DNA from: Paramoeba atlantica
Lineage: Eukaryota > Protista > Discosea
Length of the DNA: 64,000 nucleotides
Direction: 5' to 3'
Assembly (NCBI GenBank): GCA_977017575.1
Contig: CDRNVI010000144.1
Location: forward strand, 186,001 to 250,000
The translations under genes and the position numbers were made by a program. The number at the start of each line of letters is the position of its first letter. Position 1 is the first letter of the stretch. Below, piece after piece: positions 10,071 through 22,000 of this stretch. Below the pieces are notes generated by a model. It worked only from the letters and a program-made list of their open reading frames with translations. It was not told where the DNA came from and ran no database searches.

Positions 10071-12470
10071 AGAATAATCACATCATACTAAAAAAGATAA
10101 ACAAATCCACACAATCAAAATAACTAACAAACCAAACACTGAAACACTGAAACAACAAAACACAAAATAAAGGGAAACCTGTGCCACTCATATTTTCAAA
10201 AAGGGTTGTGATTGGAAGGAGGTCTTTGTAATGAAGGAAACAAAAAAGATGTCCTCGCACTAGTTAAGAGAAGGGGGAGGAGGAAGAATCAGATTTTAGT
10301 ATCAGAGAATTTTAATTAATTAAATACTAATAATTAACACAATAACAAAAACACTCTTCCAATAATAACAGATGAGAGAAAAAAATAAACATCTAAAAAT
10401 AAATTATTGCACCTTCCTAACAACCCCCTAACCCTGCTGGTGGACACACACATATTATTATATTATCCTAACTAATCAAAACCAACCAACCAAACCAATC
10501 GCCACAAAAAAGAAAAGAGCAAAACAAATACCAAAAATACCAAAAGCAAAAAATAAAACAAATAATAAAAAAACAAGTTCAACAAGAACAAATTAACAAG
10601 AACACAAAACCTTCTTTTAAAATGGACATCAATCATTTACAACGATTTCGTATTCCCCTCAATGGACGGGATACTTCTTTCAATTAATACACCAATCTCG
10701 GTGATCTAAATTCTTTTCATTCTTTTTGTCTGTTTTCTTCTTGATGAACTTTTGGAGTGGAATCTGGGGATTCGTGTCTTTTTTTCGATTTGAGAATTTG
10801 GCTTTGAGAGACAACAAACTGTTTTTTGTACAAATTAATAAATTTTTCACACACCCCCCTTCCTTCCTTCCTTCCCTTCCTCTTCTCAAAAAACAAAACA
10901 AAACAAAAACACAAAAAAACAACATTAACACACACACACACCCCATTTTTAAAACACAAAGAGACAAATACAAAAAAAGTAAACAACAAAACACACCAAA
11001 CACAGACAGAAAAAATAATCCATGCAAAAAAGTAACCTTCTCAGTGTGTTGCAAAAAATCTTCTTGTGTGTTGTGTGTTGTGTGTGTAGTATAACGATAC
11101 ATACAGGGTCCGATACGTGGTATACCTTTTGTCGAGAAAGTCACATTTTTTTCGAGAAAGAAGACATTTGATTTCATTATGATAGGACATACCACTTAAA
11201 GAAGAGGAGAGAGATCCGATCCAATATCACTGTCACCAATCCAAGAAACAAATATTTCAAGAGACAAAGAAGGTGTCAAGGAACCCTCCAAAAGAAGAAA
11301 GTTAAGAAGAAAGAGCTTTTACTCCTCAAAAAAATGATAAGAAACAGAGGAATAAGGCGCAGCAGCGAGAGTGGGGAGAGAGAGAGAGGAGGGAGGAGAG
11401 AGGGTCTAATCACACACCAACAACACCAAACATGGATTTTTTGGGAAAGGAGAGAGAGAGAGAGAGCAGAAACATATATCAGCGGTAAAGTTCTTCGTGA
11501 ATAACCAACATTTTCAAAGGAGAAGTATACACCAAACACTACACCATCATCGCCAAAACACACGCTCGAAGAAAGGCCTCTCCTCAGAACACACACACAA
11601 GATCGTCGTCTCAAGAGGGCTAAAAAGAGAAGAGAGATCATCCACCACAAACATCACTCTCTCTATTGGGTGTCTCTTTGGTGATCTTCTCTCCCCCCTT
11701 TCACCCACTTCCCCACTACTTTCGATTGTTGTGTTCCCGAATATTTGCTCTTTTATGTGGGTGAAACAAAACACCACCCTTTTCCCCCCACTTTTATGTT
11801 TTGTTCCTTTGAAAACTGTGTGAAGGAAAGGGAAGAGAAAGAAAGAGGGGAAAGAAAGAGAAAGGGGAAAAAAATGGTCAGGAGTGTGAGAGAAGAGAAG
11901 TGTGTTTGATAAAAAAAAAGGGAGGAAGAGAGTACACAAACCACCTCTTTTCGCATTCTTTGCTTTTTATCTCCCTTCATCAAAGAGAGAGAGAGAGGTT
12001 CCTTTTCCCTTCTCCTCTCTCCTCTGTGTGTTAAAAGATGAGGTGAGAGAGAAGGGGGCGGAGGGGGTGTGAGGAGAAGAACAAACCCTCACACAACACA
12101 AAAAACACAAAACACACACCACCACAAAACTGCGCGATGGTGGTTGGTGAGATTGGCAAAACAAACAAAACAAATAACACACAAAACAAAACAAAAACAA
12201 ACAAACAAAAACAAACAAAAACAAACAAAAACAAACAGAAAGAAGAGAGCGCTCTCTTCTCCTCTCGCTCACCACAAAAAACAACAAAACGCAAAAAAAA
12301 AACAGAAACAAACGAAAAAAAAAGTAGAGCACTAAAAAATAACGCGCTATTTTTAGTCAAGGGCTTCGATTTAGGTTTTCGCTGAACCTTTCACTGAATT
12401 TGCAACTCGCCCCCCCGAGCTGTTCTCTCTTTCTTTTGTATTTTTGTTATTTTCGTTTCTTCTCTTGTGA

Positions 12471-12953
<483 letters not shown>

Positions 12954-13394
12954 AAAAAGCTTGTATCAAAAAATATAAATTGAAACTTTAACAAAAATCT
13001 TCTTTCTTTTTGAGACACACAACACACTACTTTTCTTTACCTCAGTGTGTGGTTGGGGGGGGGTGAAAGATACTTTTTTTTTCTTCTTCCCAACACAATC
13101 AGAGTGTATGTGTTGAAGAAGGACCCACACACATAATAAGAAAAAGATATTGGGAGGGAGGTGGTGTTTTATTGAGACGACAATATTAATATAAAACCAC
13201 AGACCAATATGTTGGACCCAAAAAACCTGAAAAACAGTGCCAGAAAAAAGAAGAACAACAAGAAAGAAAAAAAGAAAGAAAAAAAGAAAAAAAAAACCAA
13301 TGATGAACAATTTTTTTAGAATCCAAGAAAAGACACACCACCAAAGATATTTTGCTTCAAAAAAAAAACGTGGATATTTCTTTTAACACCAAAA

Positions 13395-13462
13395 CAACAC
13401 ACACACAACACACACAACACACACAACACACACAACACACACAACACACACAACACACAACA
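13395..13462. repeat. (ACACACAAC)n array
   Basis: Direct inspection. Confidence 0.85.
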
Positions 13463-13514
13463 CCCCTATCCCCCCGACTGACTGGTGGATCTTCTTTTTT
13501 TTTTTTGTGGATTC

Positions 13515-13565
13515 TTCATTCTCTCTGGGGTACTAATTCGAAAAATCAGACCCAGAGAGTATGAA
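13515..13565 (+). repeat. Dispersed palindromic element, copy A
   Basis: TTCATTCTCTCTGGG-N21-CCCAGAGAGTATGAA. Confidence 0.85.
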
Positions 13566-13949
13566 AATTATCACGAAATAATCCTCTTTTGTGTTGTTTG
13601 GTCTCTCTTCTCTTTGCCCTCCTTATCCAACTTTGATTGTGTGGCAACTTCTCTCTTTTTCGTTTGCGATTTTTCCAAAAAAAAAACCAAAAAAATTAAC
13701 CTTGATACAAAGATACATCTTTTTTTTTGTTTTTTTTTGGGGGTGGGGGGTGGGGGTGAAGATCAAACATGCCACACACACACCACACAATTTTCTCTCT
13801 CTCTCTCCTCCTCTTCTCTTGTGGACGGACAGCGAGTGGTCAAGGTTTTCGAACTTTTTTCCCTTCCTCCTCTTCTCTTCAAGTCCAGTCCTTTGAGAGA
13901 AGAACAATTCCTTTGCGCTCTGAAAAGTAAAAATAAGAATGGGTGATGA

Positions 13950-14811
13950 AAGGAAAAAGAGAAAAAAGAAGAGGAAAAAGAGAGAAAGAGAATAGAACCT
14001 ACAGGATCAGAGTGTGTGATAATAATAACAAAAAAAACATGATGTTCCCTTGGGGTTCAAAAGGGGGGGGGAGACAAACAAAGAGAAGAGAGGAGGGGAG
14101 AGGAAAGGAGAGAAGAGAAGAGAGAAGAAAGAGAGAGAAAAAAGAAGAGAGAACGGGAGAGAAGAAAAGATAAAAGAAACAAAGAGAAGAAAAAGAAAAA
14201 AAGAAAGAAAAAAGAAAAAGAAAAAAGGAAAAGGAAAAAAAAGGAAAGGAAGAGGGAAAAGAGAAAGAGAAAAAAGAGAAAACCAACAATTTTCTTTTTC
14301 TTTTCGCTTTGTCAAGAAAAGAAAGGAGAAAGAGGAGGAAAAGGAAAAAAAACAAAAAAAAAAAACAAAAAAAAAACAAAAAAAAACAAAAAAAAACAAA
14401 AAAAAACAAAAAAAAACAAAAAAAAAACAAAAAAAAACAAAAAAAAAAACAAAAAACAAAAAAAAGAAAAGAAAACAAGGGAAAAAAATAAAATAAAAAA
14501 ACAAACAAAAAAAAAAAAGAAAAGAAAAGAAAAGAACAATAAACAAAAACAAACAAAAACAAAAAAAAACAAAAAAAACAAAAAAAAACAAAAAAAAGGA
14601 AAAAAAGGAAAAGGAAAAAAGAAAGAAAAAAGAAAGAAAAGAAAAAAAGAAAAACAAAGACAGAAAAAAAAGGAAAAAAAAAGAAAAAAAAAGAAAAAAA
14701 AGGAAAAGGAAAAAGAAAAAAAAAAAGAAAGAAAAGAAAAAAAGAAAAACAAAGACAGAAAAGAAAGAAAAAAGAGAAAAAAAAGAAAAAAAAAAGAAAA
14801 AAAAAAGAAAG

Positions 14812-14842
<31 letters not shown>

Positions 14843-15625
14843 AAAAAAAAAGAAAAAAAGAAAAAAAAGACAGAAAAGACAAAGAAAAAGAAAAAAGAAA
14901 AGAAAAAAACTGTGAAAAAGGATTTTTTTTGATATGTGATTTCACTCTTTTCTAATTCAACGACTTCACTGTTTTAAAAGAAAAGAAAGAGAAGGAAAGA
15001 AAAGAAAAGAGAAGGAGAAAGAGGGGAAAAGAGGAGAAAAGAGAAGAGGGGGGGGAGAAAGATTAAAAAGAGGAAAGATAAAAGATAAAGAAGACAAAAA
15101 ACAAAAGATAAAAGAAAAGAAAAAAAAAGAAAAAAAAGAAAAACACACAAAAAAGAAAAAACAAAAGAAAAAAAAACAAAGAAAAAAAGAAAAAAAACCA
15201 ATGAAGAAAAAAGGACCATTTTTTAAAACGTGAATTACACTCTCTTCAATTAAACAACTTTCCTGTGTTAAGGAGAAAAGAAAGAGAAAAGAAAGAGAAA
15301 AGAAAGAGAAAAGAAAGAGAAAAGAAAAAGAAAAGAAAGAGAAAAGAAAGAGAGAAGGAAAAAGGGAGAAAAAGAGAAGAGAGGGGAAAAGATTAAAAAG
15401 AGAGGAAAGATAAAGAGGAAAAGATAAAGAAGAAAAAACAAAAGAAAAATAGGAAAAAAAACAAAAAAAAAAACAAAAAAAAAAACAAAAAAAAACAAAA
15501 AAAAACAAAAAAAAAACAAAAAACAAAACAAAAACAAAAAGAAAAAAGAAAAGAAAAGAAAAGAAAAGAAAAGAAAAGAAAAAAAAAAGAGAAAGAAAAA
15601 AGAATAAACCTCAAGAAAAAAAGAG
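13950..15625. repeat. Long purine-rich (A/G) low-complexity tract including (A7-8C)n
   Basis: Direct inspection. Confidence 0.9.
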
Positions 15626-15654
15626 AGCATGATTTCACTTCACCCACCCACCTC

Positions 15655-16032
15655 TACCCAACCTTCTCAACCTTCCCCAACCTTCCCCAACCTTCCCAAC
15701 CTTCCCAACCTTCCCTCCTTCCCTCTACCTACCCTTCCCAACCTTCCCTACCTTCCCTCTACCCAACCTTCCCAACCTTCCCAACCTTCCCTACCTTCCC
15801 CTCCTTCCCCAACCTTTCCTACCCTTTCCTACCTCTCCCCTCCTTCCCCAACCTTCCCTACCTTCCCTCTTCCCTACCTTCCCTCTACCCAACCTTCCCA
15901 ACCTTCCCAACCTTCCCAACCTTCCCTACTTTCCCTCCTTCCTCTTCCCAACCTTTCCTACCTTTCCTACCTCTCCCCTCCTTCCCCAACCTTCCCTACC
16001 TTTCCTACCTCTCCCCTCCCCCAACCTTCCCT
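15655..16032. repeat. C-rich degenerate ~9-mer array (CCTTCCCAA/CCTTCCCTA)
   Basis: Direct inspection; the minus strand is G-rich. Confidence 0.9.
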
Positions 16033-17040
16033 CTTCCCTCTTCTTTCTTCTTCCCCTCCTTCTTCCCTCCTTCTTCCTCTTTCCCTTTTTTTTAGTTCTT
16101 TTTTTTTTTTAGTTCTTTTTTTTTTTTAATTTAATTCTTTTTTTTTCTTTTCTTTTTTCTCTTTCCTCTTCTTCTCTCCTTTCGCTCTTTCCTCTCTCTC
16201 ACCGGGTTGCCAAGGGAAAGGAACGCAATTGCAAAGGTTTTTCAGGGCATTGAAAAAAAAATTCTCATCAAAATTTCCTTGTAAAATATTTTTTCAACAC
16301 TCAGAAAAACAATTGAATTGTGCTGGTTTATTTTAGCACTCAAAAAAAAAAGATTTTAGAGCTCATAATTTTTCTGGCCTTGTTGGTTTTGTTTTGCCTT
16401 TTCTCTTTCTCTCCTTTTTTTCTCTCTTTCTTTTTCTCTCTTCTCTTTTCTCTCTCTTTTTCTTTTCTCTCTCTTTTTTTCTTTTCCTTCTTTTTTTCTT
16501 TCTCTTTCTCGAACTTTTTTGCCCTTTGTGAATGGGACCGGATGGGGTTCTCTCTTTATTTCTTTTTATTTCTTTTTATTTCTGTTTTTTTCTTCTCTTT
16601 TTTACTTTTATTTCTTTTCTTTTTTTTTTTTTCACTTTTTCACTTTCTCACTTTTTCTCTTTTTTTTGTTCCTCTTTTTCTTGTTCCCCTTTTTCTCGTT
16701 CCCCTTTCTTCCCTTTTTTGATGGGTTCTCTCTTTTCTTTTTTCCCTTTCCCCCCTTTTTTCTTTTTCTCTTCTTTTCTTTTCTTTTTGTTGATTTCTTT
16801 CCTTTTGTTTTCGATTTCTTCTTCGGTTTCTCATTTTTTTCTTTTTTTTTTTTTTTTTCTATTTTCTCTTTCTCTTTCTCTTCTCTCTTCTCTCTTTCTC
16901 TTCTCTCTTCTCTCTCTTTCCCCCCTTTCCCTTTCTTTTCCTTTTTCTTTTTTGAAAAAATAAGACAGTCTTACAGATAAGTGAATCTTCAAAAAAAAGA
17001 AGAGACAAAAGAGATGTTTTTTTATTTGGGAAAGATGATG

Positions 17041-17084
17041 TACTCTCTGGGTCCGGATTTTCACAAATTAGCACCCAGAGAGTA
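17041..17084 (-). repeat. Dispersed palindromic element, copy B
   Basis: TACTCTCTGGG-N22-CCCAGAGAGTA. The spacer is reverse-oriented relative to copies A and C. Confidence 0.85.
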
Positions 17085-17306
17085 TCAAGATCTCTCCCCC
17101 AACCATCTATCTGACACATTCTTTTTGACGAAAAAGAAAGGAGAAAAATTACAATGAAATACCAACAGAGAAAAGAAGAGGAGTGAATAAAGAAAAAAGA
17201 AAGAAGAAAGAAGATAAAAGAAAAAAGAAAAGAAATAAACATTTTTCTTGATAAAAAAAGAGCACAAAAAAAAAGAAGTTTGGTTCCATTGAAGAGATTT
17301 TGTTAT

Positions 17307-18219
17307 TTATTTTCGTCTTCTCTCCTTTGGAGGAGGAGAATTGAAAAACTTCTTTTTCAAACCATGTGGTGGGGAAGAAGAACGTCGAGTTCCTTTTCTC
17401 TTATTTCTAAACATTTTGTCTTTCTCTTCTTCTTCTTCTGGTCTAGTCGCCAACCTCTCTGTGATTTCTTCCAAACATTTCTTGAGAATAATTTCTGTTT
17501 CCATCATCTTTTTTGACTTCTTTTCTTTCGCTTCAAGATTACAAAGTCTTCTTTCGATGTTTCGTTGTTGGTTTTGAAGCTTTCTTGATTGCCCAAATGA
17601 TCTTGGTTTACCACCTCCTCTTCCTCTTGTTTGTTTCCGACAATGTCCTTTTGACTTTTCAAATCAACAAGATTCTCTTGAACTTGGGTTTTGTTTTCAG
17701 TCAACCGTTCCTTTCTTTGTTGGAGAACCACGATCTTTTCTTCAAGAACATCAATCTGATCTGCCAGTTTCTTGTCACGTTTACTGAGGATTTCAATCTC
17801 CTTCTCTCTCTTCTGTTGTTCCTTGAGTCTTTTCTGAGGGTTCTCAGAAACTTTATCCCCCACTTTCTCAACCTTCTTCTCTTCATCATCACCCACTCGA
17901 TTTTCGACCTCTTGGATCTCCTTTTTGGTTTCTTCTTCGACTTGACTCTCCACTGCTTTTGCTGTCTCATTCTTTTTTGGGAGAACAAACAAAGCGTCTT
18001 CCAAGTCTTGGTCATGTTTCACAAAGACGACATCACACTCATCATCAAGATAGAACACTTGAACCGCAGTTGAAGTTCCGTACACATCCGGATCTTCCTT
18101 CGGAGACTTCGAAAGTCTTGAGCTTGAACAGAACACACTCTTCCATTCTCAGTGTTTCGAACTTCCCACCACTCTTCTTCTTCTCTTTCGACAATCGACA
18201 TCAACTGAACTCTCATCAC
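17307..18219 (-). pseudogene. PB1-domain plus coiled-coil protein gene, apparently two frameshifts
   Basis: Joining ORFs 18019-18219, 17504-18136 and 17307-17507 gives FRSLRRKI...RF(K)VFYLDDECDVVFVKHDQDLEDAL, which is OPCA-like. An E/K-rich heptad region follows. Confidence 0.6.
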
Positions 18220-18463
18220 TATATTTTGATTGATTGATTGTTGTTTTTCTGTTTCAAGTTATCCAGAAAAAGAAATGTTTTGAATTAAAAACAAAACCTG
18301 AGGGTGTGGTTGATTGTGTTTGTTGTTGTTCACGAGGGAATGAGAGTGGGGGGGTGTGGCGAGAAGGAACACCAATCAAAATTGAACAAAAAAAAACAAA
18401 AAAAATCACTGAAAGAACAACCAAAAACACACAGAAAAAAAAAAAAAAAAAAAAGCGCTGATA

Positions 18464-18510
18464 GGACCTGAAATAGAGGTCCATCATATTCGGACCCAAA
18501 ATAGAGGTCC
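18464..18510. promoter_or_regulatory. Two tandem GGACC-N9-GGTCC dyads upstream of 5S
   Basis: GGACC-TGAAATAGA-GGTCC and GGACC-CAAAATAGA-GGTCC. The second is repeated identically at 41602-41620. A regulatory function is inferred only. Confidence 0.35.
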
Positions 18511-18841
18511 GTTTTTCTTTTTTTGTTTTTGTGTTTTTTTGTTCGTTTGTTTTTTTTTTTGGTTTTCCTCAGTCTTTCTTTTTCCTCTTTCTCTTTTCTT
18601 CTGTCTTTTCTTATCTTTCTTTTTGTAGGTTGTTAATTTTTTTTCCTTCTCTTTCTTTGTTTTTTTTCTTTGTTTTTTTCTTTCTTTTTTTGAAATTCCA
18701 CCACTTTTTCTCTCTTTTCATTGAGGTTTTTTCTCTTTTCTCTTTTCTCTTTTCTCTTTTCTCTCTTCTTTCTTTTCTTTTTCTCTTTTCTTTTTATTAA
18801 TTTGGATTGATATTAAAAGAAGAAAAAAAAGAAGAGAAAGT

Positions 18842-18960
18842 GTCTTCGGTCATACCCAGTTGAAAGCACCCGATCCCATCAGAACTCGGAAGTTAAGCAG
18901 CTGTGGGCTCGGTTAGTAGAATGGTGGGTGACCACATTCGAATCCCGAGTGCTGAAGACC
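18842..18960 (+). rRNA. 5S rRNA (copy A)
   Basis: 119 nt with GATCCCATCAGAACTCGGAAGTTAAGC and GGTTAGTA. The ends GTCTTC/GAAGAC pair. A T-run follows. Confidence 0.96.
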
Positions 18961-18982
18961 TTCTCTTTTTTTTTTTTTTTCT

Positions 18983-19020
<38 letters not shown>

Positions 19021-19025
19021 CTTTT
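18961..19025 (+). terminator. Pol III oligo-T terminator, merged with the retroelement poly(A) tail
   Basis: A long T tract lies directly after the 5S 3' end. Confidence 0.75.
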
Positions 19026-22000
19026 TCAATGAAAGAGATTTTTATTCGAAATAGATGGTTGTAAGAGAAGGGAATGGTTGCACATTCGGCAGAATATCTC
19101 ACCCAGTGAGAGGAGGAACTGCAGAAAAAGGGGGTAGTACATGTGGAAAGAAGAGGGGGGAATGGAAATGTCATTTGGATTGAGAGATGATGAGAAGCAC
19201 AGAGAGTGATGGGTCAAAAGGGGGTTGCTGGGTTTTAGATTTTCCTGTATGCTCATCATGTGGTTTGCCATTGCTTTCATTAGTGCAGCTGAAATCTTCT
19301 TCTTTGCTGTTCTTAAGAAGAGGGGGAGGGGGTTGGCATCCAGGACCCGGTCGTTTTGGAGGGCAATTGAGGTGAGGGATCGTAGGAGTGCACTAATGTC
19401 AGGGGATATTCCACCACCTGAGGATGAAGATGCTGGAAGGAAGATGACTTCACCTTGGAGATCGGAAAGAGTTATTTGTTTAAGGGTCCATTTCTCCTCA
19501 GGGGTGTCTCTGCCCCTTCCTGCATTAAAGTCTGTTTCAGTCAGACATCTGTCCACATATTCTCTGTGTTTCATGATCCTGGTATGGTGTGCAGCAGGTG
19601 AGAGGGTGTCGAGTATGGGGGGTCAGAGTGGGTTTTGGTGGGTGTTTGGATCACACAGCAAAAGTGGGGGGTTTTGTGGGTTGACACAACTCGGACATCA
19701 ATACACAGATCCTGGTCGCCTTGCCACTCGCAGATTGTAAGATCAGGTTGCTTGTGTGACTTCCCGATTGGCCGGTAGGCTCCATCTCGGATTGTTGTTT
19801 TTCCTGCCCAGCTGGCAATGTTCTTGAGTTCATCACGGAGAGCATGGTGTCTTCTTGTGTGGTTCCTCTTCCACAACTGGTGCAATCTGAGAGGTGGAGG
19901 GAGGATGGAGCACAGAGTTCTTTTTCACAGAATCCACACTTGACAGTCCCAAGTTCGCAGAGAGCCCCAAGGTGTGGGTCAACTATGTCAAGCCTACATC
20001 GGTAGGCTGAGCGAAAATCTTCAGCATTTAAGGCTCAATATGGCTTTGGCCCAGAGGTGTCCTTGTCTGGGTAGGCTGTCATCCACAAGTGGGTGGTGGG
20101 GCCAACCTCATTCTCATGGATTGCACAGCAGAGGTTTTTGTCTTGTGTTGGGTCCATGATCTTCTTTTTGACATCCTGAAGTTCACAGGAGGTGAACTTC
20201 TTCTGTGGTTTGTAGTTTTCTCCAGTGCCCATTGAGTCAGATGGTGGCTCTGTCAATCGAGTTAGGAGCTCATGGACAGAGGTACCACTTGGCAGTTTCC
20301 ACTCGCTCAAGATGAAGCTTTCAAAATGGTCATATATGCTTGGTGGAGAGCCTGGCGCTGGGGTGAGTCACTCTTCCAGAAGTCTTCAAAGAGGTTGATA
20401 AGTTCAGGTTTGAACTCAGAGCAGGATCAGTAGACTGAGATCCAGGAGCCAAGGAAGGCTGCTTGGTTGGGTGTTCTGAGAGTAGCTCAAGCCACCACCA
20501 CCTTTTGACTTTGGAAGGCCTGCAGCTTCTACTCGAGAGAGATGGAGTTCTTTGTTTGGATGCAGGTGGGGGACTTGGAGGGGGTTGAGGAGGTAATTGA
20601 TGTTTGTTGTAGTGGTTTGCTTGATGAAGTCTTGGAAAGGGGGTTAAAGAGAGAGGTGTTGTGCGACAGATGTATATGTTAGTTTGGGTGTGATGGTTTT
20701 AACAAAAAGCTCAAGACTTTCATGGGGGTTGGAGAACATTATTAAACAGTGGTCTTGTGATGCTTGTTGGTATTCTTGAGCAAGGGTGTGAAGCCACTTG
20801 GAAATTTGAGTGTTCAGCCCGATGGGTGACCCTAGAACTGTGATTACTTCCGCCTTCCCAATGCCAAGATTTTTGAGGTCATTGCTCCTGGGCGCTTCGG
20901 GAGAGAAACAGACCATTTTGCCCCTTTCTGTGCCAAGTTTGAGGTTGGCATTTGGGAGGACACTCTGGATCTGAGTGGTGATTTCTGCAATGGCAACCAG
21001 GCTCCCACAAACAAATATATCATCGACAAAGAGGAGAAGAAGAAGTGCATTCGGTGGAGCATCAACCTTCTGAAAGATTGGATTGAGGATTCCATGAAAT
21101 CCCAGACAAAAGAAAATTGTCCCGAGGGGATCTCCTTGCTGGACACCCTCCTCCATGGTGAGGGTGTGGTTCCGGTCATGAGAGAGTGAGGGGTGTTGCC
21201 GAAGAATAGAAGGTGTAGAGGTATGGAAGTAATACAGGGGCCAGCTGGACTGTGCTCTCAAAGATGGTTTTTCTTGAGATGGAATTGAAGGCATTAACAA
21301 TGTCCAGTTTCGCGGCATAATGTTGTGGGTGGAGGTGGAGATAGGCTGTGATATTGCTTTGTGGACCATTTCTGCACCACTTGGCAAGCATACACCATAC
21401 TGATGGGACAATTTCTCAGGAATTCCCTCGTGTTGGACTTCAAGAACAAGTGCAATCGCTGCCCACCTCTTGAGAACTTCAGCAACACCAATTGGACGGA
21501 TCCCTTTGTCCCCTTTTGCCAGAGGAATGAAGAGAGAGGTTGCCATGATGTTGTGTATGGTTTCATTGAGTTTTTGGTTGGTGATTAAGACAGTCAATTC
21601 TTTGAGGGTTGAGTGGAGTTCTTGGTCTGTGCATAGGAGTGTGACAAACTCATAAGACATTCCTGAGAGCCCTGGTGTGCGGCCTTTTGGAAGTCTCCGA
21701 AGGGCCAGATCAAGTGAGTCAAAGGACTGAAACTCATCTTGTTCAAGGATTGCTGGTTTCCAGTCAGGAATTTCGGCTCGATCTGGTGGAGTCCACACCT
21801 GCTCAGATCTTGGGTAGAGGTTCTTCACAGTTTCATGATTTTCTGAGACTGAGAGATCCCTGAATCCACTCTTGGATTGAAGCTTCCTTGCAGCTTTGGA
21901 GAGATGTCCTTTTCTGACCTCTTCAATAATCTGGTCTGCCTTGGTTTTCTTGGTGGACTTCTGCCTCCTCTTTTGCTTGAGTTTGCTGAGCTTGCCCTCA

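Noticed and set aside
13950-16980. Many long poly-Lys/poly-Phe ORFs (also at 5.2, 8.4, 40-43 and 57.8-59.9 kb)
   Set aside because: They are translations of A/T-rich simple sequence that lacks stop codons, and have no domain content.
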